From positions 118,418 to 182,417 of the IMG/VR virus record IMGVR_UViG_3300009784_000001: a stretch of 64,000 nt of DNA. The stretch is one strand, 5' to 3'. Below are positions 38,678 to 48,374 of the stretch, one piece after another. A program made the translations under genes and the position numbers. Source of the DNA: a virus. Lineage: Duplodnaviria > Heunggongvirae > Uroviricota > Caudoviricetes. The stretch's first letter is position 1. Each line of letters opens with the position of its first letter. Under the pieces are notes generated by a model, which saw only the letters and a list, made by a program, of their open reading frames with translations, did no database searches and was not told where the DNA came from.

Positions 38678-40000
38678 ATGGATAAAGATAAACAAACGAT
38701 AGAACAATTTTTTACCAAATTAACAGAAAGTATTTTCAAAAAAATGAATGAAGATGGGATGGCTTTTGCTGGCTTTGGTGATAATGCTTTTTCCGATCCT
38801 TATGGTTCTGATGATATACAAAATACTTCAATGGAAGATTATGATGTACCTCAAATAGGAGAAGATTTTAGTTCAGTAGATGAAGTTGAACAAGCATTTG
38901 CTAATGGAGATATTGATGAATATGATGCTGCAAGAGAATTAGCTTATTTCACAGGAAATATGGAATGGAATGATGCAATGGCATTAGTAAATGAATGGGC
39001 AAGAGAATATGGTATGAATGAAAATAAGATGTTTAAAAACAAACAAAAAATGGATGAGAATAAATGTAATGGAAGTTGTATAAGAAAAGTGGGAAATAAA
39101 TGGAGAGTAGTATCTGGGAAAACTGGTAAATTATGGGATGCAGAATATGATACAAGAGAAGATGCTGAAGCTGGGTTAAGAGGTTATTTTTTCCAAAAAG
39201 AATCGAAAAATAAAACAACTTCTAAAACAATAAAAGAAGCTATTAGACCAATGGTTGAAAAATATTTGAAAGAATGGGAAACACCTAAAAATTTATATAA
39301 GGGGGGAGATAATGATTTTCTTAATGATTTACCACCTGATACAGCAGGTCTTTCAAGAGGTGGGGAAGATACTAAAGCAAAAAGAGAATTTGTAAAAATG
39401 GCAGAAGCTGTTAAAAGTTTTTATATTGATTTTTGGGGTGGAATGGGATATAGTTTAGGAAGATATAGTAAAAGATATGATGTTTTAAAAAAGCCAATAA
39501 GAGATTTAATGACAGGTATTGGAGAAGTTTATCGTGATATTCATAATGAACATTATTTTAATAAACCACAAGAAAATGATGGTGAAATTGAAGAAGCTAC
39601 TACAATAGGCTCGGTTGGTGCTTTTTCTTATGATGCCCCTGCTTTTTCTGATGCAGCAACCACAAATCATCATAAGGTTAGTGAATCTCAATTAAAAAAT
39701 GCTATTAAACCACTAGTTGAAAAAATATTGAAGGAAAGTGAAGCCTCAATGGAAAAAGCAAGAAGATATGCTGAAAAAATGGCAAGACAAAAACAAATGG
39801 CTTCACAACAAGGTAGTATAGATAAATTAAGGGCAGAATTAGGAATACCTGAAGATGAAGAATGGACATTAGAAGAATTATTACAATTAAAGAAAATAGA
39901 AGATCAAGATAATGCATGGAAATCAAGAAAAGTTGATTTAGGCTGGGATACTTCAGGTTCTACATTAGATGTTCCAAGTGTTGGATTTAATCCAATGTAA
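38678..40000 (+). CDS. Modular hypothetical protein, putative internal head protein
   Basis: 440 aa; short modules bounded by MNE/MDE/LKE; IRKVGNKWRVVS.KTGK beta-hairpin; leader-like VSESQLKNAIKPLVEKILKE. Confidence 0.6.
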   Translation: MDKDKQTIEQFFTKLTESIFKKMNEDGMAFAGFGDNAFSDPYGSDDIQNTSMEDYDVPQIGEDFSSVDEVEQAFANGDIDEYDAARELAYFTGNMEWNDAMALVNEWAREYGMNENKMFKNKQKMDENKCNGSCIRKVGNKWRVVSGKTGKLWDAEYDTREDAEAGLRGYFFQKESKNKTTSKTIKEAIRPMVEKYLKEWETPKNLYKGGDNDFLNDLPPDTAGLSRGGEDTKAKREFVKMAEAVKSFYIDFWGGMGYSLGRYSKRYDVLKKPIRDLMTGIGEVYRDIHNEHYFNKPQENDGEIEEATTIGSVGAFSYDAPAFSDAATTNHHKVSESQLKNAIKPLVEKILKESEASMEKARRYAEKMARQKQMASQQGSIDKLRAELGIPEDEEWTLEELLQLKKIEDQDNAWKSRKVDLGWDTSGSTLDVPSVGFNPM

Positions 40001-40003
40001 AAT

Positions 40004-40035
40004 AAAAAAATCCTGAGTCTTTAATTCAGGATTTT
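40004..40035. terminator. Bidirectional terminator at the convergence of the two blocks
   Basis: aaaaaaatcctga...tcaggatttt; same AATCCTGA/TCAGGATT stem as at 12551. Confidence 0.8.
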
Positions 40036-40869
40036 AAATTTTAAACGATAGTATAAATTTATATAACCATTAATCATACCATTGGAATTGATTGTCCCGA
40101 CATATACATAACTGTTAAATCTTGGAATATATAAATTACCGCCGATCTCATACGCAGTCAATCCATTAAACAAATACAGTTGATAATTTCCTCTTGCTAT
40201 TTCATTTTTGACTTGATCGCCTGTTAATGGCGCAGTCAAAGAATAAGTTATGCTATATTGATTGTTGGTTTGCAGCCACAAATATTGACCATCAAATTCT
40301 TTTATTACTTCCAATACTAAATTAGTAGATTGTTGTGTACCATTATTGTATAAATTTACTTGAAGAATGTGATCATCAGGATTACGATATGTATATATGT
40401 CGCCAATTATATATTGAATAAGAAAGATAATATCTGATTTAATATACCAATAATTTTGAGTAATTGTATCATTAACGGTATTAGTTGAATAACTTGAGCC
40501 ATAACCATGTTCAATTGTATAACTATTTAGTGTATAAATCATTTTTGATATATTCCATATATCTCCCTGTCTTAAATCATATAATAAAAAGGCATCAGTA
40601 TAACTTGTAGTTTGATAGTTCAACAGATTAACTACTTCATTTCCACTCTTGAAACAATAATCTACATAATTATCTGAATTTGGTTGATTCATAATATAAA
40701 CCTGTTCTAATTGCATTTTGAAACCATTGATAAAGAGTTTGTCTAATGGACGTAATTCTATATTATTATTTTGAGGATTATCAGTATGGATATTTGGAAA
40801 TAAATCAATACATCCTGTTAAAAAGAACAATAAAAGAATTATTGTTAAGTATTTAAAAATTTTCATCAT
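40021..40869 (-). CDS. Lipoprotein
   Basis: Signal peptide II: MMKIFKYLTIILLLFFLTG|C. Confidence 0.75.
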   Translation of the reverse strand: MMKIFKYLTIILLLFFLTGCIDLFPNIHTDNPQNNNIELRPLDKLFINGFKMQLEQVYIMNQPNSDNYVDYCFKSGNEVVNLLNYQTTSYTDAFLLYDLRQGDIWNISKMIYTLNSYTIEHGYGSSYSTNTVNDTITQNYWYIKSDIIFLIQYIIGDIYTYRNPDDHILQVNLYNNGTQQSTNLVLEVIKEFDGQYLWLQTNNQYSITYSLTAPLTGDQVKNEIARGNYQLYLFNGLTAYEIGGNLYIPRFNSYVYVGTINSNGMINGYINLYYRLKFKILN

Positions 40870-41068
40870 TTTGTTTTAAATTATTAATATTATAAATTAA
40901 TAAACTTAAATATTTACTAAAAATAATTTTAGTTATTGGGTCTAAATCCTTTGTTATAAACAAAGTTATAACATCTTCTAAATCTTGTTCCCATTGTTCT
41001 ATTTGTCCTTTTTTAAGAACTTTTGATAAGTCCTCTAAATTATCAATTTCAAGATGAAATTTTAACAT
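40853..41068 (-). CDS. Hypothetical protein
   Basis: 71-aa ORF overlapping neighbours in an operon. Confidence 0.5.
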   Translation of the reverse strand: MLKFHLEIDNLEDLSKVLKKGQIEQWEQDLEDVITLFITKDLDPITKIIFSKYLSLLIYNINNLKQNDENF

Positions 41069-41504
41069 AACTCAAGCCTTTTTTAATTAATTCATACATA
41101 CTCCAACTTATTTCTGAGAATATTTGATCGAACCTGTTTTTAAAAGCTACTCTATTTTTTCCATTTTTATAAAAAGATATAACTTCAAGCCCTTCATCAT
41201 ATCTCATTTTTCCATTTGAATCTATATCAAAATGAGAATCTTTCATATATTCTGAATCATTTAACAATGGAAGAACAACTTGCTGGAAAGCTCTAATTGG
41301 AATTGTTACTTCTGTTTCATATCCAAGTATATTCATATGATCAATCATTAAATTTCCTTCAGTATATAAACATGAATGACCACTGAAACGAACATAATCA
41401 TGTGCAATTGTAACTTCAATATGAGTTCCTAAAATATCGTTCTTATCACACTCTTCCATGACAACTTCAAAAGTTTTGTCATCTATTTGTTTACTTACTT
41501 TCAT
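41049..41504 (-). CDS. Hypothetical protein
   Basis: 151-aa ORF in operon. Confidence 0.6.
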   Translation of the reverse strand: MKVSKQIDDKTFEVVMEECDKNDILGTHIEVTIAHDYVRFSGHSCLYTEGNLMIDHMNILGYETEVTIPIRAFQQVVLPLLNDSEYMKDSHFDIDSNGKMRYDEGLEVISFYKNGKNRVAFKNRFDQIFSEISWSMYELIKKGLSYVKISS

Positions 41505-41518
41505 TTTTTATCATTATT

Positions 41519-41983
41519 TTAATTATTTAATATATTTATTGCTTTTTTTACATTTTCTTCTGATAATCCATACATTTGATCTGTATTTATAAAAAATGGT
41601 AATTGTTCTTCAAGCATATCTCTATCATCATCTAAAATAGCATATTTACCTTTGTATTTATTAGCCTCAATCCATTTTTTTATTTCAGTTCCTCTACAAT
41701 CACTACTAAATCTCCTTAATCTATCAGTTATGCCAATAATTCTATCACAAAATGGAAACTTCATATGATTATTATAATAATCCATTTCATCAGATAATTT
41801 TTCAATAGTACTTGAAACATCATAACTTCTCCAAGAACTTGAAATAATAAGACTACAATCAGTAGCTTCAATTATTTTACCTAATAAAACAAGTTTATCT
41901 TTATTTAATCTAAAATTAGTATCCCATGTAGTTATTACTCCATCAAAGTCAAGAAAAATAATCTTATTAATATTTGTTATCAT
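41519..41983 (-). CDS. HAD-superfamily phosphatase (Swiss-army-knife RNA-repair type)
   Basis: IFLDFDGV, IISSSWR, RGTEI..W, YAILDDD. Confidence 0.85.
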   Translation of the reverse strand: MITNINKIIFLDFDGVITTWDTNFRLNKDKLVLLGKIIEATDCSLIISSSWRSYDVSSTIEKLSDEMDYYNNHMKFPFCDRIIGITDRLRRFSSDCRGTEIKKWIEANKYKGKYAILDDDRDMLEEQLPFFINTDQMYGLSEENVKKAINILNN

Positions 41984-42263
41984 CTTCTATATGATAATAA
42001 CCATTTCCACGTCCTGGTCTATAATTTTTCAAATAATCTTTCAACTTTTTATTACCATTATACAATATTGAATTGGTTGGTATTTTATCCTGTAATTCTT
42101 GTGGATATTCTCCAAGTGGTAATTTAACAGGCTTTACATTTGGTTCAATAAACCAATAAGCATATTTTTTACCAAAGTGTACATTAATTTGAACACATTC
42201 AGATTCTGAAAGCTGCACAAAATCTGATATTACTCTTCTGGGGTATTTTGTTTTTCTTCGCAT
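41967..42263 (-). CDS. Hypothetical protein
   Basis: 98-aa ORF in operon. Confidence 0.5.
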   Translation of the reverse strand: MRRKTKYPRRVISDFVQLSESECVQINVHFGKKYAYWFIEPNVKPVKLPLGEYPQELQDKIPTNSILYNGNKKLKDYLKNYRPGRGNGYYHIEDDNKY

Positions 42264-42820
42264 GTTGTTAATGAATCTATTATTTCTACATATTTTTTCC
42301 CAAATTTCATTTCTACATAATCAGATATAGAAACATTTTTCTTATCTTTATAAGTACATTCCTCTGCATTATAATCAGGATCTAATTTAGCTAATCTATC
42401 ATCAAAATCAATTACATCAAATGTATAAATCCCAAAACAAGATAGCATATAATCACATTTTAATAAAGCAAAAAATTCTACATCAGTTTCATTATTTTTG
42501 TCTAAAAGATGTTTGCATTTTTTAAATAAATTGAAATATCCTGTTATAGTTTGTCTAGCAACAATACCAGCAACTTTTGTATCAGCATATTCAGTTCCAA
42601 TTATCAAACCATATTTTTCAACAATATAACATATATCAAGCCAGGATAATTTTTCCCATCTATCAGGTAATTCTTCTTCAAGAACATCAAATTTTTTTAT
42701 TTTCTTATATCCTTCTCCATATATAAAATAAGTAAATGTATCTTTCTTTATTTCATTTGGAAATCCTAAAGGAAAATATAAATCCTTTTTTTCTTTGTTT
42801 TTAATATGTACAATTTTCAT
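42230..42820 (-). CDS. Hypothetical protein
   Basis: 196-aa ORF in operon. Confidence 0.6.
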   Translation of the reverse strand: MKIVHIKNKEKKDLYFPLGFPNEIKKDTFTYFIYGEGYKKIKKFDVLEEELPDRWEKLSWLDICYIVEKYGLIIGTEYADTKVAGIVARQTITGYFNLFKKCKHLLDKNNETDVEFFALLKCDYMLSCFGIYTFDVIDFDDRLAKLDPDYNAEECTYKDKKNVSISDYVEMKFGKKYVEIIDSLTTCEEKQNTPEE

Positions 42821-42987
42821 TTTTCATTTGTATTATTTAGTTCATCAAATAAATCTGCTGAAAATCCTGTACGCATTTCAAAACAATTTTTGAAATCTAA
42901 ATCTAATCCCCTATAAGATGGGTTTTCTACAAAATCTTTGCGGCATTCATCAAAAGCCATAAGCATAATTTCTTTCCAATCTTTCAT
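42817..42987 (-). CDS. 56-aa hypothetical protein (not in ORF track)
   Basis: MKDWKEIMLMAFDECRK...; first gene after the 43012 promoter, ATGA-coupled to the next gene. Confidence 0.55.
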   Translation of the reverse strand: MKDWKEIMLMAFDECRKDFVENPSYRGLDLDFKNCFEMRTGFSADLFDELNNTNEK

Positions 42988-43011
42988 AACTTTTAATTTT
43001 TAATTATACAA

Positions 43012-43042
43012 CAAAGGTAGAAAAATTATTTCTACCTTCAAA
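43012..43042 (-). promoter_or_regulatory. Bacteroidota primary-sigma promoter overlapping a hairpin/terminator
   Basis: Minus strand TTTG-N19-TACCTTTG; spacer forms the inverted repeat aaggtagaaa/tttctacctt (43014-43038) just downstream of phoH. Confidence 0.75.
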
Positions 43043-43066
43043 GTTTATAATGTTAAAAAATATTAA

Positions 43067-43852
43067 TTAATCCCATCGTTGAAGTATTTTAGTAATGATT
43101 GGATTTCTGACACATTCTGTTAGCTCAATTGTACCAATTTCTTCCAAATTTTTTAATTTATCAAGAGCATGTATTAATCCACATTCACTTTTATTTTTCA
43201 TTATTTTTGGATTATCTATTTGATCAATATCTCCAACCATAATTAATTTACAAGTTTCTTCATGCCTTGTTAATATCGTTTTTATAGAATGTTTTACAAA
43301 ATTCTGGCTTTCTTCACATACAACTAAAGAATTAGAAAAGCTAAAAGAACGCAAATAATTACATGGTCTAATTTCTATGAATTTGTATTTTATCAAATCT
43401 TCTACAATTTTATCTACATCATTGTTTCCACTTAATCTTAATATTTTTTTAATTGTTTGAACATGTGCTTCATAAAAAGGATTCATTTTATCATCAATTG
43501 TACCAGGTAATAAACCAATATCATCTCCACTTACAGAAGTTGGAACTATTAGAACTATTTTATTGTATTGATTATCCTCTTTCAATAATTCTAACAATGT
43601 AGAAAATACTACAAAGCTCTTTCCTGTTCCAGCACTTGAACTACAAAATACAATTTCTTTTTCTCTTATTAATTTATGTAATTCTTTCTGTTTTTGATTT
43701 TTACATTTAAGATTTACTTTAAAATTCAATACTTTGTTAATATAAGGAGGAGTATTGGAATATCTTTCATCAATACCATTTTTCATTTTTTCATCAATGT
43801 AAATTTCTTCATCTAAAGTAATGCCATTTTTAAGATTTTTTTGTTTTCCCAT
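43067..43852 (-). CDS. phoH: PhoH-like ATPase
   Basis: CSSSAGTGKS, IGLLPGTIDDKMNP, YLRSFSF, VCEESQN, LIMVGDIDQID, VRNPII. Confidence 0.95.
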   Translation of the reverse strand: MGKQKNLKNGITLDEEIYIDEKMKNGIDERYSNTPPYINKVLNFKVNLKCKNQKQKELHKLIREKEIVFCSSSAGTGKSFVVFSTLLELLKEDNQYNKIVLIVPTSVSGDDIGLLPGTIDDKMNPFYEAHVQTIKKILRLSGNNDVDKIVEDLIKYKFIEIRPCNYLRSFSFSNSLVVCEESQNFVKHSIKTILTRHEETCKLIMVGDIDQIDNPKIMKNKSECGLIHALDKLKNLEEIGTIELTECVRNPIITKILQRWD

Positions 43853-43881
43853 AATTTATAAATTAATTATTATTTAAAGCA

Positions 43882-43920
43882 AAAGTGCTTACACCAATTT
43901 TGTATTGATATAAGCACTTT
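43882..43920 (-). terminator. Hairpin/likely terminator
   Basis: aaagtgctta...taagcacttt perfect 10-bp inverted repeat. Confidence 0.6.
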
Positions 43921-43984
43921 CTTATTTCATAAACAAATGTAAGTTTATACATTTATAACTGAATTTACCTATAAATATTTTCTT

Positions 43985-44908
43985 TTATATTTTATTTCCG
44001 CAAAATGAACAGAATTTCCAATTCTTTTTAATAAGTTTCCCACAATCAGAACAATATTTATTCTCTTCAAAAATATCATTTGAAGTTAATGGTTTTTTAC
44101 TGATTGGTAATAATTTATATTCAACAGTTGCTATAGGGGATGATTCAGAAATAAATTCAGTTTCTTTAAATGATTGATCTGATTGACTTCCTTTGTCTAC
44201 TCTACCAGTTTCTTCCATTTTATTAGAAAGTAATTTTTTATTCATATTTGTACTTCTAACATTGATAGAATCATGATTAACTCCACTTGTTAGAGTTACA
44301 AATCCTAATGTTGCATTTGTAGTAGTTGTACAGCAATTTATATTTCCAGTTCCTGTAGAAGCTGTACTACTACTTAAAGAAGAACAATATATGGGAGTAG
44401 AATACCAAAATGGATTGTGTGGATAAGTTGGATAAACTGGATAAGGATTAATAGTAATATTTGGATAAACTGGATAATTAACAGTTATATTACTACTACA
44501 ATTCTGATAAGTTTTTTCTTTGTAAAATTCTACTTTTACATTTCCGTTATTTTTAATAGCTTTTTGTACATCACTATTAGTAGTACTTACTTCATAAACA
44601 TCAAATAATAGTTTTTTATTCTCATTCAAATGTCTATCCAGAAAGAAACGTTGTCCAGGTTTAAGAATAAAACCCTTTTCATTTTCCTTACCATTTAATG
44701 TCATAATAGCAAGAACTTTTTCATTTGTAGGATTAAATAATTCGATTTCAAATTCAGCTTGATTAGGTAAGTAAACAGTACCCGATTCATTACTTCCTGT
44801 GGAATTTGACATTAATTGATAGACTTTTTGCCTATTTTTTGAGATACTTATATAGGCTCGTGGTTGAAGATTATTGGTATAGCTACCAACATTAATTTTT
44901 TGTTTCAT
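43985..44908 (-). CDS. Hypothetical protein with C-terminal double zinc ribbon
   Basis: AEFEIELFNPT N-terminal domain; Ser/Thr/Pro-rich linker; YCSDCG...KFCSFCG. Confidence 0.7.
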   Translation of the reverse strand: MKQKINVGSYTNNLQPRAYISISKNRQKVYQLMSNSTGSNESGTVYLPNQAEFEIELFNPTNEKVLAIMTLNGKENEKGFILKPGQRFFLDRHLNENKKLLFDVYEVSTTNSDVQKAIKNNGNVKVEFYKEKTYQNCSSNITVNYPVYPNITINPYPVYPTYPHNPFWYSTPIYCSSLSSSTASTGTGNINCCTTTTNATLGFVTLTSGVNHDSINVRSTNMNKKLLSNKMEETGRVDKGSQSDQSFKETEFISESSPIATVEYKLLPISKKPLTSNDIFEENKYCSDCGKLIKKNWKFCSFCGNKI

Positions 44909-45070
44909 TTTTCAAAAAATTTAATTAATTATTATTAATTATTCTTACATTTTTTTATCCACTATAATCATTCATAGTAAATAATCCAAAGTCAATTTAA
45001 CTCAATGCAAAAATATATTTTTCAAATTTATATATAAATAAGATAAGAAATATATTTATTTTTTCAATAT

Positions 45071-45622
45071 TTAAGAAGTGGTTTTAATAAATTTAGCTAT
45101 TTCTACTGCTTTTGATTTTTGAGAAATTGGACAAGCAGAAGCTGCCCTATGAGTAAATGCAAAAAATACTTCACCATCTTTCTCATCTTTTGCTTTTCCT
45201 TTATGTATTAATTTGCCACTTTTGTTATTACCATCCCAATATAAAACACCTTTATCTTTAAAATAACTTTCTTCTTCTGGTGTTAATTCAACCTGGTGAT
45301 TTTTTAACCAATCTAATCCACCATATTGTTTTTGTTTAGATTCTTTCAAAGTAACATTTTGATGATTTCCTCCTAACATATATAATTTTTTGCTTGTATC
45401 CCATTTTGCTGGAACCCAATGTAATCCATTTGAGTCAGTATATGGTTTTCGTGTATCTTCTTCTTCATTTTCACCTATTAAACCTGTTGGATCAACATGA
45501 TTTAACTCTTTCTTTTTCCAAGGATCAGGAGGTTCTTTATAGCCCATTTTTTTCATAACATTTGAAGCTGCATTTTCTTCAAATAACCTATTATATTGAT
45601 TTTCACTTACTATAACTTTCAT
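45071..45622 (-). CDS. Hypothetical protein with MKVIVSENQYNRLFEE leader
   Basis: 183 aa; leader motif; ATGA-type coupling to the upstream gene. Confidence 0.6.
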   Translation of the reverse strand: MKVIVSENQYNRLFEENAASNVMKKMGYKEPPDPWKKKELNHVDPTGLIGENEEEDTRKPYTDSNGLHWVPAKWDTSKKLYMLGGNHQNVTLKESKQKQYGGLDWLKNHQVELTPEEESYFKDKGVLYWDGNNKSGKLIHKGKAKDEKDGEVFFAFTHRAASACPISQKSKAVEIAKFIKTTS

Positions 45623-47157
45623 GAATAATGCCCCTCTTTTTCTTTACTTATTATTTGAAATTTTAATGAATCATGCATTCTTACTTCCAAATTAGAAGAA
45701 GTTTTTAACCTTATATTGTACTCATTTGGTAAAAATGAATCAATATCTAATAAAAAGAAATTGTGATTAAAGGCTTTGTGAACTGGTTGCCAATTACACC
45801 AATCTATTTCTTTATTTCCATCTCTAATATATATCTTATATTCTAATATATCAATTATTTCAGATTGATTTTGAGTATATGGAATATCGCATCTTACAAT
45901 ACATTTTCTAATTTCTCCATTTTCTCTTTCAATTCTTTCATTATATTTAATTCCTGAAACTGTGGGGGTATATTGTTTTGGTAAAAAATCATTATTACCT
46001 ATTAAATAAAAATTATCTGCTGATTTAGTAGTAAAATCTAATTCAACTGGCTTTAATCTAATACCACTTTGAGTACTACAATTAAAATATTCTAAATTGG
46101 ACCATTCATCAAAAAACATCCTATTGTTTTCTATACCTCCTGCATTACCTGAACATAATAAAATATCAACATAATATATTCCTTTTGTTGCTTGTTTTAC
46201 TTCTGGTATTAAAGTATATTTAGTTCCATCTTCATAATTACCTGTAATGGTACATATAGGAATTTTATTCAAATTGGTAGGTTCTCCACCTACATTGGAA
46301 TATAGATATAATTTGTTCCATTTATCAAGATAAAAATTTGCTCTGTCATCATTGATTTGGATTTGATATTCTGTTTGAAGATAAGGCTCAAACCAAGTTG
46401 ATGTATTATTAGTAAAAAAATTGATTGTTTGTGCAGGATTCATATTTCTTGTTTCCAAAAATGGATCAAATGCTAAACAAAAACCATTGTTAGGAAAAAT
46501 ATCAGGCTTTATTATCATATTATTGATAATATTGGTTAAATCTATTTCAATATTTTCTGAACCTAAATCAAAATGAACTGTTGTTAATATTATTGAATTT
46601 TGACCACTTAAATATTTTGTATATTCTTGTTGTAAAAATTTATTATCGTAAATTCCATTTACAATTCCACCATAAGGTTCATCAGAAGTATGTTCATATT
46701 CGCCTAGTCTATTATATCCCCATTGAATACAAGTATGAGAGTTAAACCAATTTGAACCTTGATTAGATATATAACTATCACCAATAATATACCCATCTTT
46801 AGGGTGATCATGCCCTCGACCTTGGTCCCAATCAACAGGAATTTGAAATAAAATTAAATCAAAAGAAATGGCTCTTTGCATTTGTTTACCTGGTGAGCTA
46901 AAACCACAAGGTTGTGTCATTTGTCTGAAATCCAATGCTCCTGAATTGAACATTTTTAATGTGTGTTTCAGTTTACAAGTATCAGCAAATGTTCCATCAC
47001 ATATAAATTGTCTTATATAATCTAAATTGAAATGAAACAAATATCGAGAATACTTTTCATCTCCATAAAAAATATAAGTTATTGGGCTAAATCCTTGATT
47101 GATATGAGAATCATAAACAATCGTATTTGATTTATCCAGATAGGTCTTAATTAACAT
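45619..47157 (-). CDS. Putative virion structural protein (beta-rich)
   Basis: 512 aa, SRYLFHFNL, late motif at 47172-47178; no clear enzyme motif. Confidence 0.45.
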   Translation of the reverse strand: MLIKTYLDKSNTIVYDSHINQGFSPITYIFYGDEKYSRYLFHFNLDYIRQFICDGTFADTCKLKHTLKMFNSGALDFRQMTQPCGFSSPGKQMQRAISFDLILFQIPVDWDQGRGHDHPKDGYIIGDSYISNQGSNWFNSHTCIQWGYNRLGEYEHTSDEPYGGIVNGIYDNKFLQQEYTKYLSGQNSIILTTVHFDLGSENIEIDLTNIINNMIIKPDIFPNNGFCLAFDPFLETRNMNPAQTINFFTNNTSTWFEPYLQTEYQIQINDDRANFYLDKWNKLYLYSNVGGEPTNLNKIPICTITGNYEDGTKYTLIPEVKQATKGIYYVDILLCSGNAGGIENNRMFFDEWSNLEYFNCSTQSGIRLKPVELDFTTKSADNFYLIGNNDFLPKQYTPTVSGIKYNERIERENGEIRKCIVRCDIPYTQNQSEIIDILEYKIYIRDGNKEIDWCNWQPVHKAFNHNFFLLDIDSFLPNEYNIRLKTSSNLEVRMHDSLKFQIISKEKEGHYS

Positions 47158-47161
47158 ATTC

Positions 47162-48268
47162 TTAATTTATTATAAATATTTTATTATTTTTTAAAATTTT
47201 TTCTATTTTAAATTTTACATCTTCATCATAATTAATATAATAAAGTAAAATATTATTTTTTTTACATAATTTTTTTTTAATTTTATCTCTATAAATTAAT
47301 TTTTCAAATTCTTTTTCACCACCAAAATAAGAAATGGGAAAAAAATGTTGTATTCCTTGACATTCAATTGCAATATTATAATCAGGAAGATAAAAATCCA
47401 ATTGTAGTTTTCCTTTATCCTTTAACCATTCAAAAGGTTTACTATTGTGTTTAAATATTATATTTTTATCATTTAATATTTCCATTACTTCTCTTTCTAT
47501 TATTGAAGTTTTACAATGAGAACATCCTTTTCCTTGTATATGAGATAAAGGAGTTTGCCAAAATTCCCCATGTTCGGGACAAATGATACATACTTTTGTA
47601 GAATTATTAATGTAATTTACTTTGTCATAGTTATATCTATTTTTATGAATAAAATTAGCTTTTTCAATCCATTCTTCTGTTGTATAATTATAATTATTAG
47701 TACATTTAGAACAACCATATCCATGAAGATGAGCTATTGGTTTTTGCCAAAATTCCCCATGTTCAGGACAAATTATACAAACTTTAATATGTGTTCCCTT
47801 ATAATCAACTTTGGAGTAATCATATTTATCTCCTTGAATTTTTTTAACTTTTTCTATAAATTCCTTTGTTGTATAATTATATGTTCCACCACATTTATCA
47901 CATCCATGTTTACCAAAAAAATGATTATCAGGAGTTTGCCAAAATTCCCCATGTTCAGGACAAATGATACATACTTTTGTAGAATTATTAATGTAATTAA
48001 TTTTACTATAATCGTATTTGTCTCCATGTATTTCTTTAAATCTACTAATCCAATCATTTTGTGTTAATAATTTACCAGCACATTTAGGACATCCTTGACC
48101 TTGTAAATGTATTAAAGGTAATTGCAAAAAATCATGATTACAAATATTACATTTAATTTTAATTTTTTTTCTTGATATTTCATATTTAACTTTGTCATAA
48201 TTATATCTATCACCATGTACAAGATTAGCCCTTTTTATAAATTCTTCTGTTGTTAATTTTTTTCTCAT
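47162..48268 (-). mobile_element. Homing endonuclease-like gene: DUF723-type Zn repeats plus C-terminal PD-(D/E)xK/Vsr-like nuclease
   Basis: Repeated HGDKYDYSKV.Y....KVCIICPEHGEFWQ.P..H..G.GC..C; LQLDFYLPDYNIAIECQGIQHF. Confidence 0.8.
47550..47998. repeat. 68-bp near-identical direct repeats (47550-47617, 47931-47998) encoding the Zn-repeat unit
   Basis: ggagtttgccaaaattccccatgttc(g/a)ggacaaatgatacatacttttgtagaattattaatgtaatt, one mismatch; shorter copies near 47745, 63580 and 63961. Confidence 0.9.
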
Positions 48269-48374
48269 TCAATTTATTTTATATTAATAAATAGTATCTA
48301 TATTAAAATAAGTTATTATTAGCATAATAAAAATATAATAATATTTAATGAAAAACAAATTTATTAAAATAATT

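Noticed and set aside
47550-47998. Regularly spaced 30-70 bp repeats resembling a CRISPR array
   Set aside because: They are in-frame coding repeats (CIICPEHGEFWQ) of the endonuclease, the intervening sequences are homologous to each other, and no cas genes are present
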